Source of the DNA: Candidatus Poribacteria bacterium
Lineage (GTDB): Bacteria; Poribacteria; WGA-4E; PCPOR2b
Length of the DNA: 64,000 nucleotides
Assembly: GCA_965215015.1 (NCBI GenBank)
Contig: OZ244042.1
Coordinates: 5,536,001-5,600,000 of the forward strand
Direction of reading: 5' to 3'
This document shows positions 20,237-30,939 of the stretch, piece after piece; positions within the stretch are counted from its first letter, which is position 1; each line of letters begins with the position of its first letter. The position numbers and the translations under genes were made by a program. Under the pieces are notes generated by a model that saw nothing but the letters and a program-made list of their open reading frames with translations, ran no database searches and had not been told where the DNA came from.

Positions 20237-21985
20237 ATGTCATTTGATAGCCTAGCTTTACATCTTGTAACGGATGAACTCCGTCATACAATTCTAAATG
20301 GTACCATTCGGCATATTGAACAGTTGAACTCTCACAGCATTGTACTGAAAATCTCTCAGTCAACCACAACTCACTTTTTGCTGATCTCGACTCATTCTGT
20401 TCATGCCCGTGCACACCTGATAGAACGCCCGCCGAAAGGACAAGCCAGATCCCATTTTGCAGACTTCCTGATGAAGCACGTTATACGGGGACAACTCACA
20501 GCAGTCGAGCAGGTTGGCTTGGATCGAGTTCTAAAGCTCACCATCGCACCCACTTCCGATGTCCTCGAAACGTCCCCCAAATCGATTATCGCAGAAGTTA
20601 TGGGCAAGCACAGCAATATCATCCTCGTAGATGAAGCGAGCGGCAATATCCTCGAAAGTATCAAGCATATCGACGAAACGATGAGCCGCTATCGTGAGGT
20701 ATTGCCCGGTCTAGCTTATACCCCACCGCCGCAACAAGATAAATGGCATCCACTCAAGCTAGACCAAGAAACCTTTATTTCGCTTGTTGAAGATCGGGAG
20801 ATTGGTTGGCGATTTCTGTTTAACCAAATCGATGGCTTGAGCCCAACCCTTGCCAAAGAGATTATCGCTCGTGTCGATAATCAATCTACCCTAGCGGACC
20901 TGTGGGAGGCATATCAGCAGGTTGTAGGGTGCTTCCAGTCCTCCCACAGCCGCCCCCAAGTACTTATTGAAGCAAACGATCGGGGTAAACAGTCCCAATC
21001 GGAAAGCAACAACTTGGAGGAGGGAGATAAAGTTGTCGCTGTCGCTGCGCTCAAACTTGCACAATTTCCACACACTGAGAGTCGGTTTTTTGAAACGATG
21101 AGCAAAGCACTCGCCGCCTACTACGATGCAGTTATTCACGATGAGACGATGCAATCTGATCGGAATGGATTGCGTCAAGTTTTGGACAAGATGAGCGGGG
21201 CATTGGTTCGGAAACAGGTGTCGCTACGACAGGATTTGGCGAATGCGGAGCAGGCTGAAGATTATCGGATCAAAGGTGAACTCCTCACTGCGAATTTACA
21301 CCATACCAAACGAGGACAAGCAGTTATCGAGGTACAAAACTACTACAGTCCAGATTTAAGTGTCTTGCCAATTAAACTTGATCCGCAACTCAGTCCGTCA
21401 GAAAACGCCCAACAATACTTCAAGAGATACACCAAAGCAAAACGCGGAATTTCGGTCATCCATCAGTTGATTGCTGATAATGAGGCAGAGCAAGAGGTAT
21501 TACAGGCTTATACCTCAGAAGTAGAGGCGGCAAAGGGGTTGAAGGAACTTCGAGCGATTCAGTCTGAGTTTGTAAAAAAAGGTTGGATAAAAGAAACCAA
21601 ACGTCAGTCCAAGCAGACCGAATCCGCTGGCGCATTTCGGAAATATACCTCGCCTGATGGTTTTCAGATTTACGTTGGGCGCAACAGCAAGGAAAATGAC
21701 CTACTCCTCCGCCGAATTGCTTCAAGTCGAGATATGTGGTTACATGCAAAGCAGATTCACGGTTCACATGTTATCATTCGCAATCCCGAAAACAAGCCGG
21801 GTATCCCAATGCCAACGTTGCTAAAGGCGGCCCAGATTGCAGCGTTCTTTAGTAAAGCGCAACACTCCAGCTATGTCCCGGTTGATTATACATGGTTTCG
21901 GTATGTCGTCAAACCGAAGGGCACCGCCGCAGGCTTCGTGACTTACACCCACGAAAAGACATTGTATATTGAACCAAGCGTGTAA
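20237..21985 (+). CDS. rqcH: NFACT/FbpA family ribosome quality-control protein RqcH
   Basis: MSFD start, EVMGKHSNIIL, ENAQQYF, VGRNSKEND, WLHAKQIHGSHV. Confidence 0.93.
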   Translation: MSFDSLALHLVTDELRHTILNGTIRHIEQLNSHSIVLKISQSTTTHFLLISTHSVHARAHLIERPPKGQARSHFADFLMKHVIRGQLTAVEQVGLDRVLKLTIAPTSDVLETSPKSIIAEVMGKHSNIILVDEASGNILESIKHIDETMSRYREVLPGLAYTPPPQQDKWHPLKLDQETFISLVEDREIGWRFLFNQIDGLSPTLAKEIIARVDNQSTLADLWEAYQQVVGCFQSSHSRPQVLIEANDRGKQSQSESNNLEEGDKVVAVAALKLAQFPHTESRFFETMSKALAAYYDAVIHDETMQSDRNGLRQVLDKMSGALVRKQVSLRQDLANAEQAEDYRIKGELLTANLHHTKRGQAVIEVQNYYSPDLSVLPIKLDPQLSPSENAQQYFKRYTKAKRGISVIHQLIADNEAEQEVLQAYTSEVEAAKGLKELRAIQSEFVKKGWIKETKRQSKQTESAGAFRKYTSPDGFQIYVGRNSKENDLLLRRIASSRDMWLHAKQIHGSHVIIRNPENKPGIPMPTLLKAAQIAAFFSKAQHSSYVPVDYTWFRYVVKPKGTAAGFVTYTHEKTLYIEPSV

Positions 21986-22043
21986 GGCAAAGCAACCTGC
22001 CCGCTTGGTGCGTTTGACTCATTACATTTAATGGATACGCGCA

Positions 22044-23855
22044 TCAAATCTTGAAAATCTCACCCAAACGTCCCCCCAGTATACGCCCCGCAGTAACTAG
22101 ACACGCTATCAGGATAAACATCCCCACAACCCCCAATGCACAGGCAATATACGCCCCACCAACCGGGCGTTGTGAGAGATTCCAAATGGCTTTGGTAATT
22201 GGGTTATACTGGTCCCGCATAGCCAGAATTAAGCTGTCGGACACTTCCAACATAGAGAATGAGAATACGAGGATTGAGCCGGCGATGATATTGGCGATCA
22301 CAAGGGGCAGCGTAATCTTATACAGCGTCCGTGCTGAGCTTGCGCCGAGATTCTGTGATGCCTCTTCCAATGTAACACTCGTCTGCTGAAGCCCTGCATA
22401 AATTGATCGGAGCATATACGGCAAACGCCGCACCGCATAACTAATAATTAGCAGAACAATGGGGTTTTGTCGGGGATCTAAGATGGATACCATGGACTGG
22501 GGTAAGTGCCGGAGTAAAAGCGTTGTATCCGCGAAACTACCCACATAGCCAAACGCGAGCGCGACACCGGGAAGGGCTAAGGGTAACATGGCGATGGCAT
22601 CGAGGACGTTCTTGAAGGGAATCCGCTTGCGGGTTAGAAGGTATGCGAGGCTGATACCGAGGAGGAGCGCAAGCAGTGTGCTAAATACGCTGTAGAATAA
22701 ACTATTCTTGATACTTAGTAACGTATCTTCCAGCTTACTTTCATGGCTAAAAACCTCTGAATAATGGTTCAGCGTATAGCTCTGAGGCAGCACACTCAGC
22801 CGCCACTGACTCGCATCAGGAGTTAGTGAGGTCAGGACAATACTGATATGCGGCAACAACGCCATGAATATAATAGCTCCTACAAAAAGATAGATGATGA
22901 TACACATCCAACGATTTGCTTGAATCTCACGTGAACCAACATGCCCACGTCCAAGCATTTCGTAACGTCCGGTGCCCGTCCAACGCTTAGAGATATAGAA
23001 TGCAAGGGCTGTCAGCACTACAATCAAGACGACGAGTGCGTACCCCATTGGATTGACGTTGGCATCGGTAACTTGGCGAAAAATCCGTACAGCGATAACT
23101 TCGTTGTAGTTGAAGATTAACGGTGTACCTAGATCGGTGAATGCCCAAATGAACACTAGGATGGCACCTGCGAAATATCCGGGGAGCATCAGCGGGAGTG
23201 TCACTGTCCGGAAAAGCGTCAAGCGCGATGCCCCCATGTTTTCCGCTGCCTCTTCCAGGCTTGGGTCTACATTTGCCAGCACCGCAACGACGTTGAGATA
23301 CATAATCGGATAGAGGTGCAGGGTTGACAGTAGTATCACTCCCCAAAAGCCGCTCCCAAACCAATCAATCGGTTCTGCCAAATCGATAAGCCCAATCTTG
23401 TTCAGGAAGATGTTTACGCTACCGTACAGACCGAAAAGCTGCTTCATGCCGATTGCCCCAACGAAAGGCGGCATAATAATCGGAATCAGGATAATCCCTT
23501 GTAAGATATTACGTCCGGGGAAGCGATAGCGGGTGAGGAAATAGGCAAGGGGCAAGGTTATAAGCGTTGTTGTTAGTGTCACTACAACGCCCATATTGAA
23601 GCTATTAACGACCAGTTCACGGATGCTTTCATCCGTAACCATTAGCTTGAAATACGCAAAACTCAGATGGCCGTTAATCCAGAAAGATTCTTTGAAAATG
23701 TACAGGAGTGGATATATCAGAAAGATAAGGAAAAAGAAAATAATCGGTAGGAGGAGCAGCAAGACAGAGGGCGTTAAATCGTATTTCCTTAGCATAGCCA
23801 TTTGAGGGGGCGTGTGGCGAGACTTCCTACCTACCATAAGCCCCCCCACCTGCAC
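22044..23855 (-). CDS. Fe3+/thiamine-type ABC transporter permease (FbpB-like, two permease domains)
   Basis: Two EAA loops (LEEAAENMGAS, LEEASQNLGAS) and many TM helices. Start uncertain (23795-23855). Confidence 0.9.
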   Translation of the reverse strand: MQVGGLMVGRKSRHTPPQMAMLRKYDLTPSVLLLLLPIIFFFLIFLIYPLLYIFKESFWINGHLSFAYFKLMVTDESIRELVVNSFNMGVVVTLTTTLITLPLAYFLTRYRFPGRNILQGIILIPIIMPPFVGAIGMKQLFGLYGSVNIFLNKIGLIDLAEPIDWFGSGFWGVILLSTLHLYPIMYLNVVAVLANVDPSLEEAAENMGASRLTLFRTVTLPLMLPGYFAGAILVFIWAFTDLGTPLIFNYNEVIAVRIFRQVTDANVNPMGYALVVLIVVLTALAFYISKRWTGTGRYEMLGRGHVGSREIQANRWMCIIIYLFVGAIIFMALLPHISIVLTSLTPDASQWRLSVLPQSYTLNHYSEVFSHESKLEDTLLSIKNSLFYSVFSTLLALLLGISLAYLLTRKRIPFKNVLDAIAMLPLALPGVALAFGYVGSFADTTLLLRHLPQSMVSILDPRQNPIVLLIISYAVRRLPYMLRSIYAGLQQTSVTLEEASQNLGASSARTLYKITLPLVIANIIAGSILVFSFSMLEVSDSLILAMRDQYNPITKAIWNLSQRPVGGAYIACALGVVGMFILIACLVTAGRILGGRLGEIFKI

Positions 23856-25345
23856 TAATCACCAATCTTTTTCGCCATGGCGAGATTAGGAGGAAACCCA
23901 CACATGAGTTCTCGAGGTTTGAAATTTGGCGAGAAATCGTACAGCCCGTAGTGAAGCAGCCCATCATTTTTAACAACCTTATCTTCAACAGAGTCGAAAA
24001 CGAGGCCTTGCAGATATTCATTCTTGTTCCCAATCCGTTGCGCGTGCATGTTGCGCCGTTTTATAGTATTCACAGCTTTCTGAAGTTCGGGTGGAATCGG
24101 CTGCTGATTTTGGCGCATCTCCAGATATGTCCGCATCACATGCCAACGCTTGGGACCCCCGTTATAAAAAGTATAATACGCCCAGTGATATGGCTGCAAG
24201 TCTTGTTTAAGATTGAGCTCGGTTTTGAGAGCTTTGGCATTTTTCCTGTAAAAATCCAGACATTCGTCGAAACGATAGGTCTTATCACGCTTTATGTGGT
24301 AGGCTGCCAAGAAAGCACCAATGTGAGGGGCTTTCAGCAGATTCGTGTAATATTTCCCAGTCGGATTTTTTTGCCGATCGTAGGTGCCCGCTAGCTCTTC
24401 TTCTAATCGAGGTAGATAATCATTCCAGGTGAGCTGCTCCGTCGTTTCCCATCTCTTTCCAAGGCTGAGAAACTCAAAAAAGGGAGAATATGCTGGCATA
24501 CTTGGATCTAAAATGTGACGAATCAAGTTGGGTAAGACCACCAGATTATTCTGAGCAATGCCAATATCATCTTTCCCAGTTTCAGTCTGACTGGGACCAA
24601 CTACGATTTCATTGAAGTGGGTCTCAATTTCAAAAATCTTCAATAGCAGCAATGGATCTATGTCGGCAACCCGACCAGCAATCAGCGCGAATGGGAAATA
24701 GCGCCGCGCCTCAAATAATACGTGTTCTAATGCCTTTGGACTATATCCCGGCACACTTAATCCTTTTTGGTATACCAGTTCATTTGCGGTGATTCCATAT
24801 ACTTCCTGCTCAGTTTTCCGATTGAAGTTACTATAAATTCGATAGGCTTGTTTGATCGCCGGCAGAATCAATTGGTCAAAAATCCTCCGGTGATCATCCT
24901 GCAGCACTACGTCGTAAATGATGGGAAGTTGTTGCGGATCGTCTTGATCATATCCATCGAGTTGGAGTTGAATCAGTTTCTCCTCCATCGTTTTACCGGA
25001 GGTTGTAAGTGTTTCCAAAACACCATATGTTACGGCGTCCTGGACTTTCTTCCCCTGTATCAAGGTCAAGACAATAGTATGATTTTTTGTCAGGTAGTAC
25101 CAGAACGTATCTTTCTGCTTCACCCCAAGATGAACTAGAAATCCACAAAGTGTTAAAAAAGACAGGAGACAAATCACCAGAGTGGCTCGCATAACAATCC
25201 GAAACAGAAACTTCCCTAGCGCGGTGAGTGGAGTTTCCGAAATGTACGGTGGGAGAATTTTATTCAATCGTTCATTTATTTCGTGCTGTTCAGAGAAATG
25301 GGGCTTAACGGGGTAGGATTCCAATTTCTTCGGTAATAAGTCCAT
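23855..25345 (-). CDS. Membrane-anchored protein with a divergent lytic-transglycosylase (SLT)-like domain
   Basis: One TM helix. IDPLLLLKIFEIETHF, DIGIAQ and YTFYNGGP match the SLT motif order (ES, GLMQ, AYNAG). Confidence 0.6.
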   Translation of the reverse strand: MDLLPKKLESYPVKPHFSEQHEINERLNKILPPYISETPLTALGKFLFRIVMRATLVICLLSFLTLCGFLVHLGVKQKDTFWYYLTKNHTIVLTLIQGKKVQDAVTYGVLETLTTSGKTMEEKLIQLQLDGYDQDDPQQLPIIYDVVLQDDHRRIFDQLILPAIKQAYRIYSNFNRKTEQEVYGITANELVYQKGLSVPGYSPKALEHVLFEARRYFPFALIAGRVADIDPLLLLKIFEIETHFNEIVVGPSQTETGKDDIGIAQNNLVVLPNLIRHILDPSMPAYSPFFEFLSLGKRWETTEQLTWNDYLPRLEEELAGTYDRQKNPTGKYYTNLLKAPHIGAFLAAYHIKRDKTYRFDECLDFYRKNAKALKTELNLKQDLQPYHWAYYTFYNGGPKRWHVMRTYLEMRQNQQPIPPELQKAVNTIKRRNMHAQRIGNKNEYLQGLVFDSVEDKVVKNDGLLHYGLYDFSPNFKPRELMCGFPPNLAMAKKIGD

Positions 25346-25495
25346 GGTTCTCCAGATTATAAAGTAAAGGTGAGGGGTTCAAAACCGGCTAGTATTCCAT
25401 CATCAACTCCTTGAAAGCTCGGTAGTATGCCTTCAGCCTTACATGAAACGTGAAAACAGGGCTTACGTTTCACATTTTTGGTTTCTTAGGGGAGG

Positions 25496-27637
25496 TTAAG
25501 CCGTACTACTGAAGAAATATTCTAACTGCTCAAGTGGGGTATCTAACTGCATGGGCATCAATTCGTTAATAAGTGAACGAAGTTGATTTTCACGTCCGGG
25601 GACGCTCTGAAGTTGCAGGTTTTGCGTGTTTAAGTATTTCTTCAGTTGTTCGATGAGGAAGGTCTGCAATCCTTTTCCAGATTCGTGCAATTGTGCTGGC
25701 AGCAATGCGGGAACGTTAATTCCGCTAATAAAGATTTCAATCAATTCCAGTTGGTAGTCAATTTGTTCGGTGATTTGCTCATATTTCTCAAGTGCAGACT
25801 CGCGCACCTTATCATTGAACCCTGCGACATCACGATGGACAAATTCCGTATAAGCAGTATTCCAACTGTTTTCATTGAATTGCTCGTTATCGGTACAAAA
25901 TTTTTCCAACCTATTCATTATCTTCATTAGCCGGTCCGATAGAGAAATCTTGATCTCACCATGAAGGGTAGTGGCAAGTTGAGCAAGTGCTCTAATAAAT
26001 GCAAGTTCAAATTCCTTATAATTTTCATCCGATTCCCGTTGCATCAGTTCAATTAGTTGGTTAGAAATAGGGCGTAAGTTGGAAAACTCCTTCAAATGAA
26101 GCTGTACTAAAATGTAAGCGGATTTTGCTAGACTAAAAGCAACATCAAGAGCGGAGTCTCTCGCTTGCTTTTGAATATCATGGACAATTTTCTGAATCCC
26201 CAAGAGCCGCTCGTAAAAGCTGATTTGTTTTTCTGTTTTGTCAAGGGTGTAGGTGCGGGGATTCGGAACTTCAAACGCTTTCTGCGTCAAAATCTCACGT
26301 CTGTCATTGATTTTACGGCGGCGTTGTTTATCTTCGGCATCCTCCAGGGCTTGTGAAAGCGATTGGACGGATTCTTGAAGCGAATCGATCTGGGTATGGA
26401 TGGGTGGATAGTGGTTGTAGCGGAAATCTGTTGTAATGTCCCGAATGTCTTCTAGCAACTCGACGAGGATCTCTCCATACGCCTGATCTTCGAGAGGCGA
26501 GTATACCTTTTCTTCTTGCTCTGCCTCTGCTTCTTCATCTAATAGCCTTTGCACAAATTGATAGAGATATTCAAGTTGATGCTCTTGTAGCAAGGTTGTC
26601 TCTGTATAGGACCAGAGTTTATCCATCAAAATTGCACAACCATCAATAACTGCTCCCCGATCTAGACTCAGTGCTGCAAGACTGATGTGCATCAAGTCCT
26701 CCTCAATTTCTGAGAAATGTGCTTCAAAAACAAAGGCTAGCATTTCATACATCTCATCCGGTATGGGTTCAGGGCGACTTTTATCGACAGTTAAACGCTG
26801 ACCAGAGTGCCCTCTACGCGTACGTTGACGTGTCTTTGTGATAATTAAGGGCTGCATTTCATCTTCGTGCAAGCCGGCAGACCGGCGTCTAGAAGTTCTT
26901 TGGTTATATAGATTGAGGGCATCCTGATAGTGGTAGAGCAGCTCTTCACTCCCTAGTTCAATCAGTAACGATTCGATTGTGCTTTTCGGATCAACGGCAA
27001 TACCTTCTTGGGCGAGTAATCGATTTGACAAGGCGGCAAACCCGTCGGCTCCTAAATTCCGAAAGGGGCGCAGCAAATATGCCCGTTGATCATCAATACA
27101 AATTTTATGTCGTCCAAGCAAAAAAAACTGATTTGTCTGCTTCTGATCACTATCAAACCAAATCTCTAGCGGATAGGTTTTATTATAAACTTGGAAATTG
27201 ATAGATTTGGTGTTGAGCTGATCAAACAACTCTTGGCTGACGTGAGCCAAATCATTGGCATCAATAAGGATGGCAGAAGCATCGTTGTTCGTATAAAAAT
27301 TGACTTCAACGATCCGGTCTTCCGGAAGGAGATGCCGTCGTTCGATGATATGTGTTCCCGTTGCATTTTCATTCGTAATTGCAATCCGCGGAATGTCATA
27401 CGCATCGTAGTAGTAATAAGATTTCCAACTGAAGGTGCGTCGTCTCATTTTCTCAAATAACTGATACGACAAGCGGCCTTTAACCTGCTGTTTGCGTCGT
27501 GTTTCTTTGCCCTCATAGATGGCCATTTTCTCAGTAGTTTCGTGCGGCTGCAGACTGAGTTGTGGAAGCGTTGAAGTCTTTCTCTTGCCGGACAGGCGGT
27601 CTAGTGTATCCGCAATATATTCACTCCAAGTTGCCAT
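25496..27637 (-). CDS. Hypothetical 713-aa protein, largely helical/coiled-coil
   Basis: Long ORF with AAGGAG RBS. No recognised motif. Confidence 0.8.
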   Translation of the reverse strand: MATWSEYIADTLDRLSGKRKTSTLPQLSLQPHETTEKMAIYEGKETRRKQQVKGRLSYQLFEKMRRRTFSWKSYYYYDAYDIPRIAITNENATGTHIIERRHLLPEDRIVEVNFYTNNDASAILIDANDLAHVSQELFDQLNTKSINFQVYNKTYPLEIWFDSDQKQTNQFFLLGRHKICIDDQRAYLLRPFRNLGADGFAALSNRLLAQEGIAVDPKSTIESLLIELGSEELLYHYQDALNLYNQRTSRRRSAGLHEDEMQPLIITKTRQRTRRGHSGQRLTVDKSRPEPIPDEMYEMLAFVFEAHFSEIEEDLMHISLAALSLDRGAVIDGCAILMDKLWSYTETTLLQEHQLEYLYQFVQRLLDEEAEAEQEEKVYSPLEDQAYGEILVELLEDIRDITTDFRYNHYPPIHTQIDSLQESVQSLSQALEDAEDKQRRRKINDRREILTQKAFEVPNPRTYTLDKTEKQISFYERLLGIQKIVHDIQKQARDSALDVAFSLAKSAYILVQLHLKEFSNLRPISNQLIELMQRESDENYKEFELAFIRALAQLATTLHGEIKISLSDRLMKIMNRLEKFCTDNEQFNENSWNTAYTEFVHRDVAGFNDKVRESALEKYEQITEQIDYQLELIEIFISGINVPALLPAQLHESGKGLQTFLIEQLKKYLNTQNLQLQSVPGRENQLRSLINELMPMQLDTPLEQLEYFFSSTA

Positions 27638-27888
27638 GTTATCTCCTTAAAATTCTAGCGTATGATGACAGATTATCTTGAGATAAGATTAGCTGATAGC
27701 CAACGTACCTTCATTGGTCTAATTGCAGTCAATAGTCCACTATATCAAACACTTTTACTGAAATAGTTGTTTCATTTTCAATCGATATAGTGTATAATTT
27801 CTACCGAGGTTTTCAATTCATAACCACAAATTTATTTGAGCATCTTACCTCTTATTAAAGTAAATAATTTATTATAGCACAACTTGGT

Positions 27889-28866
27889 ATGAAAGAAAAG
27901 AAGAATTTAGCGACAATGGATAATCCCCAGCAAATAACTCCTAAGTCTATAGCAGAAACAGCTCAACTGACCTTAGAATCTCTTAAAAAGGTGTTGTCAG
28001 AGTTGAACCTGTTGGGAGAAGACTTTGAGAAATCTGACGGTTTTGTGGATCAGATTGAACATTTGGTTGCAGCCCCTCTAGGGTTTGATATATTCCAGAG
28101 AAAGATCGTGCGCCTCATTGACAATCTCAAAGTAATCACCGAGCGCGCAGTCGAAAATCATCGGTATCTCGCTGGCACTATCGAAGATACGTACGGACAG
28201 ACGACACAACTCCAAAATATAATTGGTGAAACCCATGCTAGTATTGACGCGCGCTTCAAATTCTGGCTGCACTCCTTTCAGACAGGGAATCAACGTGAAG
28301 AACAGAAATCTCGCGAGCTTACAAACTTTTCGGAGTTTCTCAGCTTACTCGCTGAAAAGCAGGTTCGCTATGCTTACTTTTTAGCATCGTTCAAATCAAA
28401 GCCGCTTCTCATTTGCCGGCATCCCCCCCTGGATGCTAATTCACAAAACAATGTAACTTATTCCCTTTCCTCTTATGTCGCGCCGCCAACCGGATCATTT
28501 CGTATCCTAAAAAGGGCGTGGAATAAACTCTTCAAATCCCCTAATAAAAGTGTATTACATCTGTTTCACGATTCGCGCCCCAAGTCATTACTCGGTACAT
28601 TCAAAGGGCGTTCGCCGGTATTGATTAGACCGTACTCCCCCCATCAACATAGTGAACTAAATCAACTCCCCAAAATTATCTATGATTTCATCAACCTCTA
28701 CGGTATATCCGGCTGCATTCACGTTCACTTGTTGAAGCGGGAGGATCAGTGTGCTATTTTCACAACGCAGCGACATGTTGAGTTTGAGGGGAGTTCCGTT
28801 CAGTTAGCTGGCACAGACTACCCTGGCGAATCACTGAAAGATTGTCACCAGCTAATCATTGAATAA
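27889..28866 (+). CDS. Hypothetical 325-aa protein
   Basis: Long ORF divergent from the 713-aa gene, with a helical N-terminal half. Confidence 0.75.
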   Translation: MKEKKNLATMDNPQQITPKSIAETAQLTLESLKKVLSELNLLGEDFEKSDGFVDQIEHLVAAPLGFDIFQRKIVRLIDNLKVITERAVENHRYLAGTIEDTYGQTTQLQNIIGETHASIDARFKFWLHSFQTGNQREEQKSRELTNFSEFLSLLAEKQVRYAYFLASFKSKPLLICRHPPLDANSQNNVTYSLSSYVAPPTGSFRILKRAWNKLFKSPNKSVLHLFHDSRPKSLLGTFKGRSPVLIRPYSPHQHSELNQLPKIIYDFINLYGISGCIHVHLLKREDQCAIFTTQRHVEFEGSSVQLAGTDYPGESLKDCHQLIIE

Positions 28867-29243
28867 CCTAAGTTGCTAGGTTCTGTGAACATTTGAAAGA
28901 TTGAACGAATTTTGACACAGTTAGGACAATTTTGGGCTTCTGTCGGTCGATTTGCCAAAATCGAAAATCCCTAGAACATTGCGCTATAGTCTAGACTCAT
29001 TACGCCCGGATTATCGTGCGACAGGCCGGGTATTTTGTCGAGATACGAATCTCGACCGACAGATTGAGCAATAGCACAATCCCGATTTATTGAGGCTGGG
29101 GTCAATCTATAGGTCAGGTAAGGTGCCTGACCTTATGTCAATCCGCTATCGGTTGGACGAGGAAGTCCAACCTACGAATTGTCGCCATTTTACAGCTTGC
29201 TAATTAGGGGTAGCAAAATGTCAACACACCCTAGCAATTTAGG
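28867..29243. mobile_element. MITE-like element with 28-nt imperfect terminal inverted repeats enclosing REP hairpins
   Basis: Left end CCTAAGTTGCTAGGTTCTGTGAACATTT vs reverse complement of right end CCTAAATTGCTAGGGTGTGTTGACATTT (23/28). Confidence 0.65.
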
Positions 29244-29287
29244 TCTAAATAATATAAACAGTACAAACCTATGCAAGTATTTAAGCG

Positions 29288-29316
29288 TTGACAACCCTGA
29301 TCAGATTTGATATGCT
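29288..29316 (+). promoter_or_regulatory. Putative sigma70 promoter of the Mo-hydroxylase operon
   Basis: TTGACA-17 nt-TATGCT. Confidence 0.65.
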
Positions 29317-29395
29317 TTAACCACGTCAAACTACATTCAGGGTCAACTATTGACGAGGCGCGGGATGCCCCGTACCTTACAGGGAGGTCATAACA

Positions 29396-30274
29396 TTGAG
29401 GAATTTCGAGTTTTTTGAACCTACAACAATTGAGGAAGCGTCATCGCTGCTGACACAGCACAACGGCAAAGCGGAGCTTTTAGCCGGCGGAACAGATCTC
29501 ATTATAGAAATGAAAGCACGGACGGCGATGCCTGAGTACGTTATCGGCTTAGAAAAAATTCCCGGATTAGCCTGTATTGACTATGATGAAGAGAGGGGGC
29601 TGCGAATCGGTGCGCTGACGAAGATGCGTACGCTGGAAAAAGATCCAATAATCTGTGAACGCTATACTGCCCTTGCTGAAGGAGCCGGTGAGGTTGGAGG
29701 TATTCAAATTCGCCACCTCGCAACAATAGGAGGTAACATTAGTCATGGTTCCCCCGCTGCGGATACGGCAGCACCCCTGTTAGCACTTGGCGCACAGGTT
29801 AAAATCGCGAGTGCTGATGGCGAGCGTACGGTGCCCATTGAGACGTTCTATTTAGGTCCGGGGCAAACCGTATTAAAAACCGGCGAGATTGTCACAGCAT
29901 TTGAATGCCCACCCCGCGGGGCGGATGAAGGCTCGCAGTACATCAAGCAAAAAATTAGAGAAGTGATGGATCTTGCCTTTGTCGGTGTGGCGTCCTCTGC
30001 AAAATCCGATAACGGCACCGTATCAGATGTCAAGATTGGACTTGCCGCTGTCGCGCCTACACCTCTTCGAGCTACCGAGGCCGAAGCCATTATCAATGGA
30101 AATGCTCTGACAGCGGAGTTGTTAGAACAAGCGGCTACGGCTGCTTCAGCGCAATCAAGCCCTATTTCAGATTTGCGGTGTTCGGCCGAATATCGTCGAG
30201 AAATGGTTAGTGTTTTAACCCGGCGGACACTGCAAGCTGCAGCCGCTCGTGCACAGAGCCAACCGGCAGGTTAA
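29396..30274 (+). CDS. Xanthine dehydrogenase family FAD subunit (CoxM-like)
   Basis: LAGGTDL, ATIGGN, SPAAD, PISDLR. Confidence 0.93.
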   Translation: MRNFEFFEPTTIEEASSLLTQHNGKAELLAGGTDLIIEMKARTAMPEYVIGLEKIPGLACIDYDEERGLRIGALTKMRTLEKDPIICERYTALAEGAGEVGGIQIRHLATIGGNISHGSPAADTAAPLLALGAQVKIASADGERTVPIETFYLGPGQTVLKTGEIVTAFECPPRGADEGSQYIKQKIREVMDLAFVGVASSAKSDNGTVSDVKIGLAAVAPTPLRATEAEAIINGNALTAELLEQAATAASAQSSPISDLRCSAEYRREMVSVLTRRTLQAAAARAQSQPAG

Positions 30275-30377
30275 GTTCAGCGAAATCCTGATTTATCGGA
30301 CGCACAGAAATTTAGAACGTCATATTCATTTTAGAATCATTCCCGAGCTCCATTTGAAGAACAGAAAGGATAATTCA

Positions 30378-30854
30378 ATGAAGAAACATCCAGTGAGTTT
30401 AACGGTCAACACTGATACATACGATTTGTTGATTGAACCGAGAAAGACATTGTTGGCGACCCTTCGCGATACGATCGGTTTAACGGGTACAAAAGAAGGC
30501 TGCAGTACCGGCGATTGTGGCGCGTGCACAGTCATTGTAGACGGAAAAGCGGTGACCTCTTGTATGATGCTTGGTGTCAGTGCCAATGGCAAGGAAATCA
30601 CAACTGTAGAAGGACTCGCCAGCCGAGATCAACTGCACCCCATCCAGCAAGCGTTCATGGACAAAGGGGGATACCAATGTGGCTTCTGCACGCCGGGATT
30701 CATTGTGGCGTCCAAAGCATACCTTGATGAAAACCCAAATGCAACAGAAACAGAGATAAGGCATGCACTTGGCAATAACATCTGTCGATGCACAGGGTAC
30801 ACGAAAATCATTGAAGCCGTGATGAGTGCAGCAGAAGCCATGCGTAAGGCGTGA
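30378..30854 (+). CDS. Xanthine dehydrogenase family 2Fe-2S subunit (CoxS-like)
   Basis: GCSTGDCGACT, QCGFCTPG, NICRCTGY. Confidence 0.95.
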   Translation: MKKHPVSLTVNTDTYDLLIEPRKTLLATLRDTIGLTGTKEGCSTGDCGACTVIVDGKAVTSCMMLGVSANGKEITTVEGLASRDQLHPIQQAFMDKGGYQCGFCTPGFIVASKAYLDENPNATETEIRHALGNNICRCTGYTKIIEAVMSAAEAMRKA

Positions 30855-30939
30855 TGGCCACTGCGTGTTGAGGTCAAGACTTTAACCTTTATGTTTTACG
30901 CATCACGTCTCACGTTCCATTCCAAAAAGGAGATTTTTC

